Source of the DNA: Octopus vulgaris
Lineage: Eukaryota
Length of the DNA stretch: 64,000 nucleotides
NCBI GenBank assembly: GCA_951406725.2
Contig: OX597823.1
Coordinates: 110,918,001 to 110,982,000 of the forward strand
Direction of reading: 5' to 3'
The translations under genes were made by a program, and so were the position numbers. Below, piece by piece: positions 50,811-64,000 of this stretch. How positions within the stretch are numbered: the stretch's first letter is position 1; each line of letters opens with the position of its first letter. The notes beneath the pieces were generated by a model. The model worked only from the letters and a program-made list of their open reading frames with translations, ran no database searches and was not told the origin of the DNA.

Positions 50811-51784
50811 GCTCAAGGAGAGCCATCTGTCATGGGAAATGTGAGGTGCTAAAAGCATTATGTTTATGCCTGGACATGTAGGAACATGTAGCATTCTGCC
50901 ATTGTTACCAATCTTCCCCATTATCAAGCTATCCTCACACCTCCTCTTTCTAATACATATCCCTTGATCACTCTTCTGTCTATGGCACTACTCAGCTGTT
51001 GTAATCATTTGAGGGCAGAACTGGCATGTAAGTCATACCCCTTATATGTTACCAATTATCTCCTTCCCTTGAAACCACCTCCCTTCAGTATTCATCCCTT
51101 GTTCCCATTATCATTCCTTTCCTTTCTATTTTCCTCTCATCATCTTTCTGTGTCATTCAATTATCGTTCCCACTCCTCTCAGCTACTTTCTAGGCCTGCC
51201 ACACCTCATCTTTAACACCTCACAAATCTGTTCACATTCTCAACACCATCGTATCTACCTCTGTTGTCACCCTGTCATTGTTGCTCCACTTACTATAGCC
51301 ACACTTATGTACCTCTAACCTCCATCTCTGTCCCTGTACATCTCCCCGTTCCACTTTATACATCCTGTGTATTATCTCCCTTCTTCCTGATCTAGCCACA
51401 GGTTATTGATACTGCTGTACTCCTTCCCTTTCTGTGCTACTCTTTGTCACTTCCTTTGCAAGTTACTTTTATCTCTCTCACCTTTCCCCTCAATACTGTT
51501 ACTTACCATCAACTACAACTCTACCCTGTTCATCACTCACAAAGATTCACCTCTTCTCCCATCTCTAATCATCTATTACTCTCCTCTTACTCTTCTATGA
51601 ATTTTGTCAACCTTTGCTTCCTCCCTGATCAACCTTTGCTTCCCCTCTTGCATTAAGCTTTCAACACCTGATATAATGACATCTCCCCACATCTCTCAAA
51701 TACACGTTCCCACTCAGTCAAGGGAGGTTTACTTTTCTTGTCTTGCAAAACTTTTTAGCAACCTCACTACTGCCAGTATCACGG

Positions 51785-51952
51785 AAAGAAAAAACACCCA
51801 GTACACACAGTAAAGTGGTTGATGTTTGGATGGACATCCAGTCATAGAAACATTGCCAAAGCTGACACTGGAGCATGATGCACTCCTGTGACTCATCAGA
51901 CCCAGTCAAACAATCCAACTTATGATGATGATGATGATGATGATGATAATGA
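51785..51952 (+). mobile_element. Old RTE-type 3'UTR fragment with (GAT)n tail
   Basis: aacacccagtacac..gtggttg..gacatccag..agaaac..catccaac..gatgatgat. Confidence 0.65.
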
Positions 51953-52034
51953 TAGAGTGGCTGTCATTTTCTATTAGGGTGCATAAGTCTTCAAAATATT
52001 ATACCTGACATGACCTGTTGTTCAATATGATATC

Positions 52035-52250
52035 AGTGATCAGAAACACTCAGCTTGCATTTTAGTAACAATTGTAGAGATGGGAGAAATATGTCCATAA
52101 ATCTTCTCTTTAATCTTGAGATCACACCATGAAATGTTTGGAGCCATCATTAGAAGTTTTGTCAATGTACTATCAAGGCTACCTTGAAGCTGCTTCCTCA
52201 GAGTTAAGGTTTCTGATCCACAGAGAGGGAAGGTAAGTGATAGAATATTC
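52035..52250 (-). mobile_element. Old RTE-like LINE C-terminal fragment
   Basis: Minus translation LCGSETLTLRKQLQGSLDSTLTKLLMMAPNISW..IYGHISPIST resembles the YGSETWTL..LNISW region of RTE-type ORFs. Confidence 0.65.
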
Positions 52251-52255
52251 TCTAT

Positions 52256-52491
52256 TAACTGGCAGCAAGTTGGCAGAAATGTTAGCACGCTGGGAGAAAT
52301 GCTTAGCGGTATTTCATCTGCCGCTACGTTCTGAGTTCAAGTTCCGCTGAGGTCGACTTTGCCTTTCATCTTTTCGGGGTCGATAAATTAAGTACCAGTT
52401 ATGCACTGGGGTCGATGTAATCAACTTCATCCCTTTGTCTGTCCTTGTTTGTCCCCTTTGTGTTTAGCCCCTTGTGGGCAATAAAGAAATA
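52256..52491 (+). mobile_element. SINE family B with 14-bp target-site duplication
   Basis: agaatattctctat at 52242-52255 and 52492-52505. Confidence 0.92.
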
Positions 52492-53068
52492 AGAATATTC
52501 TCTATCTCAGATTTCTTCATACTGAACATTGTACATATTATATAAGTATATACTGAAAAATGTATTGAAGTCTACACAAGCGTCCTGGCTAATAAAGCCA
52601 AAGCTTATATAAATTTTCAAGGCATTACCCCTTTGGACGGTATTCCAGCCCACTGCACAATTAACTCTTTCGTGCACTTGTACTCATTCATAGCTGAGTG
52701 ATCTGGAGAACACATTGTACTACTTGTTTGCGGATCAAAACTAGGATCTAATGATTGCGACCTAGTTTCCCACGCCCTCACTATGATGTCCTGAGAAAAG
52801 TAAGTACTAAAGTTCTAATGCTTAACCAGCAGAACACATTCTATCCATGGAGTGCATATGTAAAGCGCATATCAGATTTTCTTGGTAGCTATACTTCTGA
52901 TAAAATTATAGTGGCTGTTATTGTAGCAACCACCTTGACGACAAGGCTAAAGCGACAGAATTTATAAATTATTCACAAGATCCATATTTGTGATTCATTG
53001 ATATCTGCTTTATTATTAATATTTATACATGTTTTGTATTTTGCAGTAGAATCTATATACACATATAT

Positions 53069-53111
<43 letters not shown>

Positions 53112-53155
53112 CAATAATAAATCTCTGAACGAGATGTAAACAGTAACCGCTCGAC

Positions 53156-53204
53156 AACGTAAGGTGTACTCAGCCATCTCAATATGGCTAGTATACTTTA
53201 CGTT
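53156..53204 (+). other. Near-perfect 21-bp hairpin
   Basis: aacgtaaggtgtact-c-agccat-ctcaat-atggct-agtatactttacgtt, with two G-U pairs on the plus strand. Confidence 0.6.
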
Positions 53205-53286
53205 ATTATATATATATATATGAATAAATAAATAGAGTTTAACACAGGTGTAAATCAAATATTTTTACTTTCGACACTCATCTATT

Positions 53287-53341
<55 letters not shown>

Positions 53342-53406
53342 GTGTATATATGATTGATTGATTCTAGTTTCAGCTTATGAGCTGTGGCCATGCTGGGGCA
53401 CCGCCA

Positions 53407-53460
<54 letters not shown>

Positions 53461-53467
<7 letters not shown>

Positions 53468-53763
53468 ATCACGTGACTGACCAGACCATCAGATGTTGCT
53501 ACACATCGCTGGTCACAATGCGTTCGCATTGTTTTTAGCCTTCGAATGACGCCACCCCGCTGGCTAAGCGAGCAGGCCAACAGAAGAAACAGAGAAAGAG
53601 TGGTGAAGGAGTACAGCAGGGATCACCACCCCCTGCCGGAGCCTCGTGGAGCTTTTAGGTGTTTTCGCTCAATAAACACACGCAACGCCCGGTCTGGGAA
53701 TCGAAACCGCGATCCTACGACCGCGAGTCCGCTGCCCTAACCACTAGGCCATTGTGCCTCCAC
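53461..53763 (-). mobile_element. tRNA-derived SINE family C, tail type 3
   Basis: Minus head gtggaggcacaatggcctagtggttagggcagcgg..ggtttcgattccc; tail ends in (tcacgtga) repeats. Confidence 0.88.
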
Positions 53764-54110
53764 ATATGTATATACACATGTTTGTGCATGTATGTGCAAA
53801 CATGCATATAATGATATATATTACTTTATATTCATGTTTAAGTGTATATGTGTGAATGTATAAAAACATTTTTCAACATGTCTGTGTCCGTATGTCTGTG
53901 CCTGTCTTATTTATAAACTAACATAAAGTGGTCAATTAGCAGTGTCATTAGAGCATTGTACATAGATTGCTTTGTGGCAATTGTCCCAGCTCTCTGAGTT
54001 CAAATCATGTCAAGCTCAGCTTTATTGTTCAATGTTTTAGGGTCGATAAGTAAAACATCACTCCTTTACTGAAGACAATTCTTCATGACCTTAATTCTTA
54101 GCATCCTGAT

Positions 54111-54472
54111 AGGCGCATGGTTCCGGGTTCAGTCCCACAGCGTGGCACCTTGGGCAAGTGTCTTCTACTATGGCCTTGGGCCGACCAAAGCCTTGTTAGT
54201 GGATTTGGTAGACGGAAACTGAAAGAAGCCCATTGTATATATGTATATATATGTATGTGTGTGTGTGTGTTTGTCCCCCCTACATCGCTTGACAACCTAT
54301 GCTGGTGTGTTTGTATCCCCGCAACTTAGCGGTTCGGCAAAAGAGACCGATAGAATAAATACTAGGCTTACAAACAATAAGTCCCAGGGTCGATTTGCTT
54401 GACTAAAGGCGGTGCTCCAGCATAGCCACAATCAAATGACTGAAACAAGTAAAAGACTAAAAGAGTAAGAGT
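54111..54472 (+). mobile_element. SINE family A with head deletion
   Basis: ggcgcatggttccgggttcagtcccac..gactgaaacaagtaaaaga. Confidence 0.9.
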
Positions 54473-55119
54473 ACTGAGTATAAAACTTATGGACAGTGAG
54501 CTATTGGATATTGAACACTGGAACACCAACTTTGGTGGGAATCATTTAAAGATTCATTGAAACGATACCATATTTCTGACCCTACCTATGAAAAAAAAAA
54601 GAAAGAAAGAAAGAATGTCTTGCATCAGAATTTTTTTCTTTTATCTTTTCCTTCATTTGTACCTTAGATTGTGTTTTAAAGGATGATTCAGAGGAGTAAG
54701 ATCTCAAATGGACTTCCTTCAGAGCTGCGAAGAAGATATCCAGTGGCCAGAGAGCTATTGGTCAGATTTATTGCAACAGATTGGAGTACACTAAAGTAAC
54801 TCAAGAACTAGTTGGTGATGTTAAACTAGATAATAAAGTCTACCATCCAACAACAGTAATGAACGATCTGTTTGACAGAGGTCTCTGCAATTTTCATCTA
54901 CCAAATTTCATTCTCAAGGCATTAGTCTATGCAAGGCTGCAGTGGATATCACTTTCACATAGAGCCTTGCTGTGAGATTAAACTTCAAGTACAATGTTGT
55001 GAAGTGAGTGTCTTGAACACACAACCATGTCACTATGTTAATGCAAGAACATAGAACACAGGAGATGGTAATTTATTGTTTATAATATCCTTCTGATCCT
55101 AAACCGATGAGGGAGCCTT

Positions 55120-55428
55120 TACGCAGTCATAACCCTGTGCTTGAGGAGACCTATTGAGTCAAGTACATCAACATCAAAAATCAATGGAAATTGTAGTTGT
55201 GATCCCTGTGCTGGTGGCACATAAAAAGTACCATCTGAACGTGGCCGATGCCAGTGCCGCCTTGAGTGGCTTCCGTGCCGGTAGCATGTAAAAAGCACCA
55301 TCTGAACGTGGCCGATGCCAGTGCCGCCTTGACTGGCTTCCATGCCTTCTGGCTTCCCAGATTCCAGTCGAACCGTCCAACCCATGCTAGCATGGAAATG
55401 GACGTTAAACGATGATCATGATGATGAT
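55120..55428 (+). mobile_element. RTE-type 3'UTR fragment with tandem units and (GAT)n tail
   Basis: Two copies of accatctgaacgtggccgatgccagtgccgccttga; ends gacgttaaacgatgat. Confidence 0.85.
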
Positions 55429-55728
55429 TAGAGATAAAAGCTAAATACTTCTCCAACTGCAGCTTCCGAAGTTTAAAGCAGAAGAGGACATACTGAGGGC
55501 TGGAACATTTTATAAACGTCTGCATTCAGGGCTGGAACATTTTATAAACGTCTGCTGCTTAGGGATAACTAAGGGATCAACAACAAAACTTAAATCACTT
55601 TCCATCTGTACTAGCATCTAAGAGACTAATCACTCAGTAGTTCTTGCTTCTTGCAGAAATAACAGATTTGTACTAATCGTATCTGTTTTCACATTTATGG
55701 ATAAAGCCCAGCAAGATAGTCTTGATTA

Positions 55729-56068
55729 GGCTGTGTGGTAAGTAGCTTGCTTACCAACCACATGGTTCTGGGTTCAGTCCCACTGCATGGCACCTTGGGC
55801 AAGTGTCTTCTACTATAGCCTCGACCCGACCACAGCCTTGTGAGTGGATTTGGTAGACGGAAATTTAAAGAATCCCGTTGTTTATATGTATATATATATA
55901 AAATATGAATTAGAGATAAAACCACTATTAGGCAACTCAAACAGTATACTCCCTAATATTATTATTGTATATATATATATATATATATATGTATACATAC
56001 ATATATATATGTATATGTGTGTATATGTATGTGTATGTGTGTATATACACATATGTGTGTATATACAC

Positions 56069-56114
<46 letters not shown>

Positions 56115-56370
56115 ATAGCTGTATATGTATGTATGTATATGTGTGTGTATATGTTTGTGTGTCTGTGTTTGCCCCACCCCACCCCCACCCCCAGCATCGC
56201 TTGACAACTGATATTGTTATGTTTACATGCCCGTAACTTAGCGGTTCAGCAAAAGAGACTGATAGAATAAGTACTAGGCTTACAAAGAATAAGTCTTGGG
56301 GTCGATTTGCTCGACTAAAGGCGGTGCTCCAGCATGGTCGCAGTCAAATGACTGAAACAAGTAAAAGAGT
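55729..56370 (+). mobile_element. SINE family A with expanded internal microsatellite and an insert
   Basis: Head and tail intact; central region expanded to about 270 bp. Confidence 0.88.
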
Positions 56371-57004
56371 CACAAAGTACAATGCCAGGGAATGCATTCA
56401 ATATAAGAATCAGAGTACATTAGTTGCTGATGTATATCTTAAGGCCGTTGTCTTGCATGTGTTCATTTATTCCGCTGGAAGTAGTAACCAAATTAGCCTC
56501 CAATCACACCTGTCACCCTGAAAAGAGGACACATTGACTAACGTAGATGCTGAAAACTTAAAAGTAGGATGCTCAGAGCTGAACTGACATTCATCATAGA
56601 TCTTGGACATGATTGCCGTGGGGTTAAACAACACCTGAACAAAGCCGATTCCATTAGTGCTACAAAGTAACAAATCACAGAATTGGTTCATACAGAAGTA
56701 TTTGCTTCTCATGGCATTAAATATTTCTTTTTTAATTATATTTCTGTTCTCCTACGTAGAGTGAGACCACAATTTTTTTTTGTCTTGGCCAATGACAGCT
56801 TACATATCTTTTCCTTGTTTTTAAGAAATGACAAACAACATCTGTAAAGTATGAAGAAACTATGCTTATGAATGTCTTTTTAAAATATTACCATTTCCTC
56901 TAAGAAATTATTCCTGAAATGCTTTCTGCAGAAATACAAAACATTTCATTAAAAGGTGACATTGGAGAGTCACTTTCTCTAACATGTTCCAAATGATCAC
57001 AATA

Positions 57005-57220
57005 TTGATTTCAAATTTTGGCACAAGGTTTGCAATTTCAGAGGAGGTATAAGTCAAGTTCATCAACCCCAGTGTTCAGCTGGTACTTATTCTATTGACT
57101 TTGGAAGTATAAAAGGCAAAGTCAGCTTCAGCAGGATTTGAACTTAGAATGTAAAGACGGCCAAGATATTACTAAGCATTTTGCTTGGAGCCGTCACGAT
57201 TCTGCCATCACACTGCCTTA
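57005..57220 (-). mobile_element. Old SINE family B
   Basis: ttggcacaagg..ggtactta..aaaggcaaagtc..tttgaact..ttctgcca..ctgcctt. Confidence 0.75.
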
Positions 57221-57317
57221 TATGGTCACAATGTTAAATTTACACTAATCACCAATTGTTTTCAGAAAGAATAAAGAATTTTACAGTGAAAACTCAATAA
57301 GAACATATTCATAGAAT

Positions 57318-57700
57318 TGGCTGTGTGGTAAGTAGCTTGCTTACGAACCACATGGTTCCGGGTTCAGTCCCACTGCATGGCAATTTGGGCAAGTGTCTTC
57401 TACTATAGCCTCAGGCTGACGAAAGCCTTATGAGTGGATTTGGTAGACAGAAACTGAAAGAAGCCCGTCGTATATATGTATGTATATATATGTATTTTTT
57501 CTGTGTCTGTGTTTGTCCCCCCAACATCACTTGACAACCGACGCTGGTGTGTTTACGTACCCGTAACTTAGCAGTTCGGCAAAAAAGACCGATAAAATAA
57601 GTACTACGGTTACAAAGAATAAGTCCTGGGGTCGATTTGCTCGACTAAAGGTGGTGCTCCAGCATGGCCACAGTCAAATGACTGAAACAAGTAAAAGAGT
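57318..57700 (+). mobile_element. SINE family A
   Basis: tggctgtgtggtaagtagc..gactgaaacaagtaaaagagt. Confidence 0.9.
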
Positions 57701-57976
57701 ACAATCATACAAAACCAACGGGATAAACAAATAGACATCACTGACCTGTCTTCGTTTCCATGATGAGCAGATATATAAACTTAAATGCACCCCTTCAAAT
57801 ACATGCATCACTAACACAAAGGAATTGATATCGGGTGGATACTCTTGGTATGATTTATTAAGAGACATATGTAAAAAGAGGATTTGAGAGTGGAATAATA
57901 TTTAAGGCTGGTGGTTCGATTATGTGGATGGATTTCATCCAGATACCCCTCACAGTCAGATATATGGTCAAATATT

Positions 57977-58208
57977 AGGGCGGCGAGCTGGCAGAAACGT
58001 TAGCACGCCGGGCGAAACACGTAGCCGTATTTCGTCTGTCGATACGTTCCGAGTTAAAATCCCGCCGAGGTCGACTTTGCCTTTCATCCTTTCGGGGTCG
58101 ATAAATTAAGTACCAGTTACGCACTGGGATTGATTTAATCAGCCTAATCCCTTTGTCTGTCCTTGTTTGTCCCCTCTGTGTTTAGCCCCTTGTGGGTAGT
58201 AAAGAGAT
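57977..58208 (+). mobile_element. SINE family B, full length, with 16-bp target-site duplication
   Basis: ggcggcgagctggcagaaacgttagc..; atatatggtcaaatat at 57960-57975 and 58209-58224. Confidence 0.93.
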
Positions 58209-58482
58209 ATATATGGTCAAATATCTCTAGTAGTGAGTTACAAGAAGATAAAGAGAGATAGACTAATGTGTGTGTGTGTGTGTGTGTGTATTTCACTTAA
58301 GCATAGCAAAGTCTTGATGTTAGAACTTAACATGCTTTTGCTTCAAAATAAAGTGTATATCATAAAGTGTTAGTTGAGTGCACGGAGTATAATATGAGAT
58401 TAATCAAATGACAAAGGAGCAGGAAATTATGCAATAAAATGCATTAGCTTGCTGCTGTTTCTGCAATAACGTGATGCACAAG

Positions 58483-58943
58483 CATACATGCATACATACA
58501 TACATACATACATACATACATGCATGCATGCATACATACATACATACATACATGCATATATACATGCATACATGCATACAAACATACAAACAGATATACA
58601 TACATACATACATACATACATACAAACGTACATACATACATACATACATACATACATACAAACATACATGCATACATACATACATGCATACATACATACA
58701 TACATGCATGCATGCATGCATACATACATACATGATACATACATACATACATGCATGCATGCATACATACATAAATACATAAATACATACATATATAGAT
58801 AGATAGATATATGTATACACACATATATACACATATCATTTAATGTTCACAATATACAGTTATGAGCAGTTAATAGTTTCATACATCTCTAATGCATGAA
58901 AGATAGCTAGCTAGATAGATAGATAGACAGATACATACATGCA

Positions 58944-58977
<34 letters not shown>

Positions 58978-59050
58978 CATACATACATGCATACATACAT
59001 GCATGCATACATACATACATACATGCATACATACATACATACATACATAG
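58483..59050. repeat. (CATA)n/(CATG)n microsatellite
   Basis: Directly visible. Confidence 0.95.
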
Positions 59051-59967
59051 AGATATGTACATTCTTACACATGCATATATATCTACATATATGGTGGTTG
59101 TATACTCCTTATGCAGCGTTTGACCATCTCCTGTGCCTACACTGTAGAACCATCATATACATATATCTACACACACAGACACATAATATACTTTTTCTCT
59201 CTATCTTTTTTCTCGTCTCTCCAAAATATATTTGACCATATATCTGACACCTAGTCAATCCTGCTTACAACCCACCCACCAACCCCAAATACTGCTCCAC
59301 CCATATCACACTCTTCCACGTACACATTCTCCATAAGTCATAGCAAGAGATAACAATTAAAATGTTACAAGTCTTTAGCCTGTCATGTTTATCATATATT
59401 ATAAGATTTCCCCTTTAATTCAATGGATTAACCCAAGTCTAGACCAATCTAATCAGCTTTACGACATTAATCACACTCTGAGATTTGAATTGATTAATGG
59501 AATTCCTTCTCTTTATCTTCTTTCCTTCTTTCCATTATTTTTTATGTTTCCTTTGTAATTTTTCTTTTTATAGAGTTTTTGTTTTGTTTCAGAAAAAGTT
59601 CAAAGAAAATATATATAAATGAATTTCAAATAAATTTTAATGTACCCTAAGAAATATGTTGATGTATATTGAAATATATGTGTTAGTATGCATGTAAGTA
59701 TATATGTGTGTAAGTTTGAAAGTGTTTATACATGTATGCATATTTGTGTGTATGTATGCTTCTATATATGCTTGTATATGTATATATATATATAATAACA
59801 ATTTGATAAATATATATATTTAATATATACATATAGATGTAGGTATGTACATATATGTATGTATGCATATGTTTTATTTATTAAATTGTCATTATATGAT
59901 TGAATGCCTCGCGTCACTTTCTTATTTCTCCAAGTAAGTTTTTATTATATATATATATATATATATA

Positions 59968-60243
59968 CATGTGATCATGTGATCACGTGACCGACCAGAC
60001 TATCAGATGTTGTTACACATCGCTGGTCACGATGTGCTTTTGCATCGTTTTAGCTTTTGAATGATGACGCTCTGATGACTAGGTGAGTGGGCCAACATTC
60101 TGCCCTGATTGAAAGGGGGCCTGGACCAATGTGAAATGAAATATTTTACTCAAGAACACAATGAGCTACCAGGTTTAGGAATCAAACCCACAGACTAGTG
60201 ATTGTGAGTGCTACAGCCTAACCATTAGCCCATGCGTCTTCAC
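59968..60243 (-). mobile_element. tRNA-derived SINE with type 3 tail but a different body
   Basis: 59968-60097 matches 53461-53581; the remainder is a different, older tRNA-like head and body. Confidence 0.7.
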
Positions 60244-60351
60244 ACATATACATGCACGTATACATATTTGCAAGTTATAAACTAGGAGTTGATTTCATCA
60301 ATTATTTTGTTCCCCAACAAATTTGTGGCCTTGTGCCAACCTTAGAAATTA

Positions 60352-60527
60352 TTGTTCTATATTTAAGAGATGAGGAATTATGTACATTATTTACATTTGA
60401 CAGATATTTGTCCTCATCTTGTTTGTTGTTAACACAACGTTTCAGCTGATATACCCTCCAGCCTTCTTCAGGTGTCTTGTGGAAATTTCGAATCTGGGTT
60501 CTCATTCCAATGGTATTTTTCAATGTT
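60352..60527 (-). mobile_element. Penelope-like terminal-repeat fragment with minimal hammerhead (60431-60476)
   Basis: Minus strand gacac-CTGAAGA-a-ggctg-gagggtatat-cagct-GAAA-cg-TT-gtgtt; palindromic stem III AACGTT; homolog of 16863-17007. Confidence 0.72.
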
Positions 60528-60652
60528 GTTATTATTATCATTATTATTATTATTATTGTTGTTGTTGTTGTTGTTCTTCTTCTTCTTCTTGTTCTTCTTC
60601 TTCTTCTTCTTCTTCTTCTTCTTCTTCTTCTTCTTCTTCTTGTTGTTGTTGC

Positions 60653-60710
<58 letters not shown>

Positions 60711-60717
<7 letters not shown>

Positions 60718-60805
60718 TCACTGCCAGGAATCGAACTCGGAATCTTGGGGTTAAGAGCACGGGCTACTAACCTCAAAATTCTGAGTTCCATTCCAGGCAG
60801 TGACT

Positions 60806-60810
<5 letters not shown>
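60711..60810. repeat. About 100-bp palindromic element with outward (TTA)n/(TAA)n arms
   Basis: attcaggtcactgcc-aggaatcgaactcggaatcttggggtta ... taacctcaaaattctgagttccattcca-ggcagtgacttgaat. Confidence 0.85.
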
Positions 60811-60870
<60 letters not shown>

Positions 60871-60884
60871 TGATAGAAAAATCT

Positions 60885-61270
60885 GCACCATCTAAAGGCA
60901 GATGTTGATCATCTTTACCTTTCCACAGCTCAGGGAGGTTGAGGCTTGATCCAGCTTGAACTTACATACAAAACCACCACAATCGGACTGGCCAAAATAC
61001 CTTGAAACAACCAACGATTGAATGCTAAAACTTGTTGAAAAACATGAAAGACTGAAAAAACTTCACTCTATTATGAAAGAGAGCAAAAACTTCGCAACTG
61101 ATCTCTTATGAAGGAAATGCGGCAACTGCTGCTGCAAAGAAAATAAAATTAATTGCAAAGACAAAAGCACATGAAAAATTAGCAAGCAGATGGGAACAGA
61201 AACCTCTGCATGGCAAGTATGTGGCCCATAGCAAACAAACTGATGTCGACCAGAAACACATGCATCAATT
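60885..61270 (+). mobile_element. Degraded internal fragment of the R4/Dong family found at 17104-18750
   Basis: HHLKADVDHLYLSTAQGG*GLIQLELTYKTTTIGLAK..MLKLVEKHERLKKLHSIMKESK..RWEQKPLHGKY..DVDQK aligns by eye to the 487-aa ORF; follows (TAA)n. Confidence 0.9.
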
Positions 61271-62970
61271 CATCTTCAGTATTGCCATTTGTGATATGGC
61301 TAATGATGGTAACATTGGCTCAGTTGTTAATGTTGGCAATATGAATGTTAAATGAAACTGTGTTAGCCTTCTTCAGTGAAAGTAAGTTGGGGAATCTTTT
61401 GTCCTTTTTCTTCTGCTTCATTGAATTTAAGGTACTCTGTCTTTTGTTGCTTCTCCTTTTCCCTCAAATTTCTATACTTTGTAAAAACAATACCAACATT
61501 AACTAAGCATACATCGGTGATTTTCCATCCTTATCTTCATAGTTGTATTCAGAAACCAAAGGTTTTTTGAGTGCATAATGCAACAAAATGAATATAATTC
61601 TTTTTTTTTTTTTTCCTATAAACTCAAAGGAATTAATTTATGAAAGAACACAGTCAATTGATTCTACCAACGTATTTAACTGGCACTTATTTTCTCAAGA
61701 CTGGAATAGTGAGACCATTGGCAATGTTTGAACTTAGAACACAAATGTATGTAACCAAATACCACAAGAAATTGATCTGTCACTAGTAGCAGCAGCAGCA
61801 TCAACAACACCAACAGTACAGGTGTAATCTTCGATTTAAGAAAAACAAACTAATTGCTTTATTTTAAGAAATATATTTATAATTTGGAAAATGACTCAAA
61901 AGATTTTAAAAAATATATATATTACAGCATTTATTAAATAATTTGAAAGTTGAAGAAAGGTGCAAGAAAAAAGAAACAGTTTCTTGATGTGCGTGTGTTT
62001 TGCTATAAATATAAATCTATATCACAGAGCATAGATAAGAGTGAGAATGTGTATATTTGTGAGTATTCGTGTATGTTAGAATGTAATTGATTGTATGTCT
62101 ACAAATGTCCATACAGAAAACTGTGCATATACAGGTGCCAAGGGTATGAATGTATGTGAGTGGTGTGTGCAAATGTATGTGAATGTATGTGAATGCATGT
62201 GTATGTATGTGAATGAATGTATGTGTATATGCGTTGATTCATTCACTAATACTTACATAAAGATGTATACGTCTGCAAATACAAAATGAAAGGATTTTTA
62301 AAAAATGTATTCACATACGTATATATATCTGAAGATTTTCATAGTTAAAGATGATTTAATTCACAAGATATATCAATAAAGATATTTAGAATATTTTTTT
62401 TACTCTTAAATTTGGCATTTTCATTGGGAAATTCTTCAGAATTTCGACCATTTTCCATTCTTGGATAGGAATCATTTATCTGAAATTGTAAAAGGTTGGA
62501 ACAAAAAAAGCTTAGAAAAATAATTGGAATTAAAGGTAAAAAATTCATTTCATTAATATGTTGAGTAAATAGCTCAGAAAAAAATTGTATACATTTCTGT
62601 TCAAGAAATAATTTTTGTTTTTTAATTTTATATTATTTTCTAATTTTGTTCAAATTTAAGAACAACAACAAGAACAGCACCTACATCAGCAATATCATCA
62701 TAAAAACTGTCTTAAAAAAAAAATTACAATAACATCACAAAAACATGTTAAAAAGATATGATATATTGACAACGATAATCGTTGTGGTGAATTCATGCAC
62801 TAATAACATGAAAACTTGTAAATACAGCAGGTGTTGGCAACCAAACACATATTCACACTCACATACACACACACACGTGTGTATGTGATCATACATATAT
62901 GCATATATAGGTGTGTGTGTGTGTGTGAGTGTACATGTCTGTAGGTATGTATACTCACACACATATACAT

Positions 62971-63027
<57 letters not shown>

Positions 63028-64000
63028 TTAGATAGATAGATAGATAAATGTAAGTATAGATGTAGATACAGATGTATTAATTTCTTTATTGCTCTCTATG
63101 CATATACAATGTCTTTTATTTAACCTTTACAAAATTTACCATCGATGAAGCAAACAGATTTGTTTTTATCTCGAAGATTATCTGCACCCGTGAATGTGTG
63201 TGTGTGTGTGCATGTATGTGTATGCATGCATCTATGTATGTGTATATGTGCATCAGTGTATGTGTTTGTGTGTATGAATTTATTGGCAAAAACACACATA
63301 GAGCTATGCACACATTTGTTTGTAAGTGTATATCAATATCGTATAGTTTGTATCAATGGTTATTTCTAAAGGAAAATATATTTAAATTTACAAGGGAATG
63401 CGAAAAATCAGCATCAAAAACAACAACAAAAGAAAAACAACAACAAAAGCAATCAATCCTTATAGATATCACACAATTATATAACTAAAATTAAAATTCA
63501 ATGAAATATATATTTACAGTTTTGCCATCTTTTTTTTCTTGTTGTTTTTTGCTATAGAACCTGGAAAAATATTTACATGTAAATCTTTTACCAGAAAAAC
63601 AAGAATTTTAAACTTTACACCTTCAACATCTCACACAGGTCTACCCACCCATAAAATCCTTTCTTACCTCCATCTTCATCTCTGTCTCAGACACATATTT
63701 ATTAGTATTAACATGTTATCTTAAAGATAGTGTTTTATCAGTGACATAGGCTTTAAGCAATGAATATTTTTCCATGAGTGTATACATCCATGTGTATACA
63801 CATGAGTGTACGAAACTGACAGTGAGAAGGTCACAAATTAGATGCACAGAGAATTCCTAGCAGGCTGGAAACATTTATTTTTGTTGCTTAGAGCCAGATC
63901 TGACATAAGTGTAGAAATCTACGATAAAAGCAATCCAGCTGTAAGCACCTAATGTTTCATATATCATGGACTAAATTTTCTAATGCATCCTTCTTTTCCA

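Overview
AT-rich, microsatellite-dense eukaryotic non-coding DNA. The repeat families resemble those I know from octopod cephalopods; this species assignment is an inference. No host gene can be assembled with confidence, and nearly all ORF-track entries are microsatellite artefacts. The only long real ORF is a young, 5'-truncated R4/Dong-type non-LTR retrotransposon (RT thumb, CCHC knuckle, restriction-like endonuclease; 17276-18739, minus) sitting in a (TAA)n tract. The rest is degraded R4-type and RTE-type LINEs, a mariner transposase relic, TTAA-flanked MITEs and dozens of tRNA-derived SINEs. The most notable signal is a set of at least six type I hammerhead-ribozyme motifs. Two carry compensatory swaps of the catalytic C3:G8 pair (U3:A8 at 38097-38137 and G3:C8 at 24543-24593). 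Two highly divergent elements (37847-38360 and 48919-49195) share a covarying multi-hairpin architecture with a hammerhead at the apex of a long rod, consistent with a retrozyme/circular-RNA-like family with a monomer of about 360 nt.
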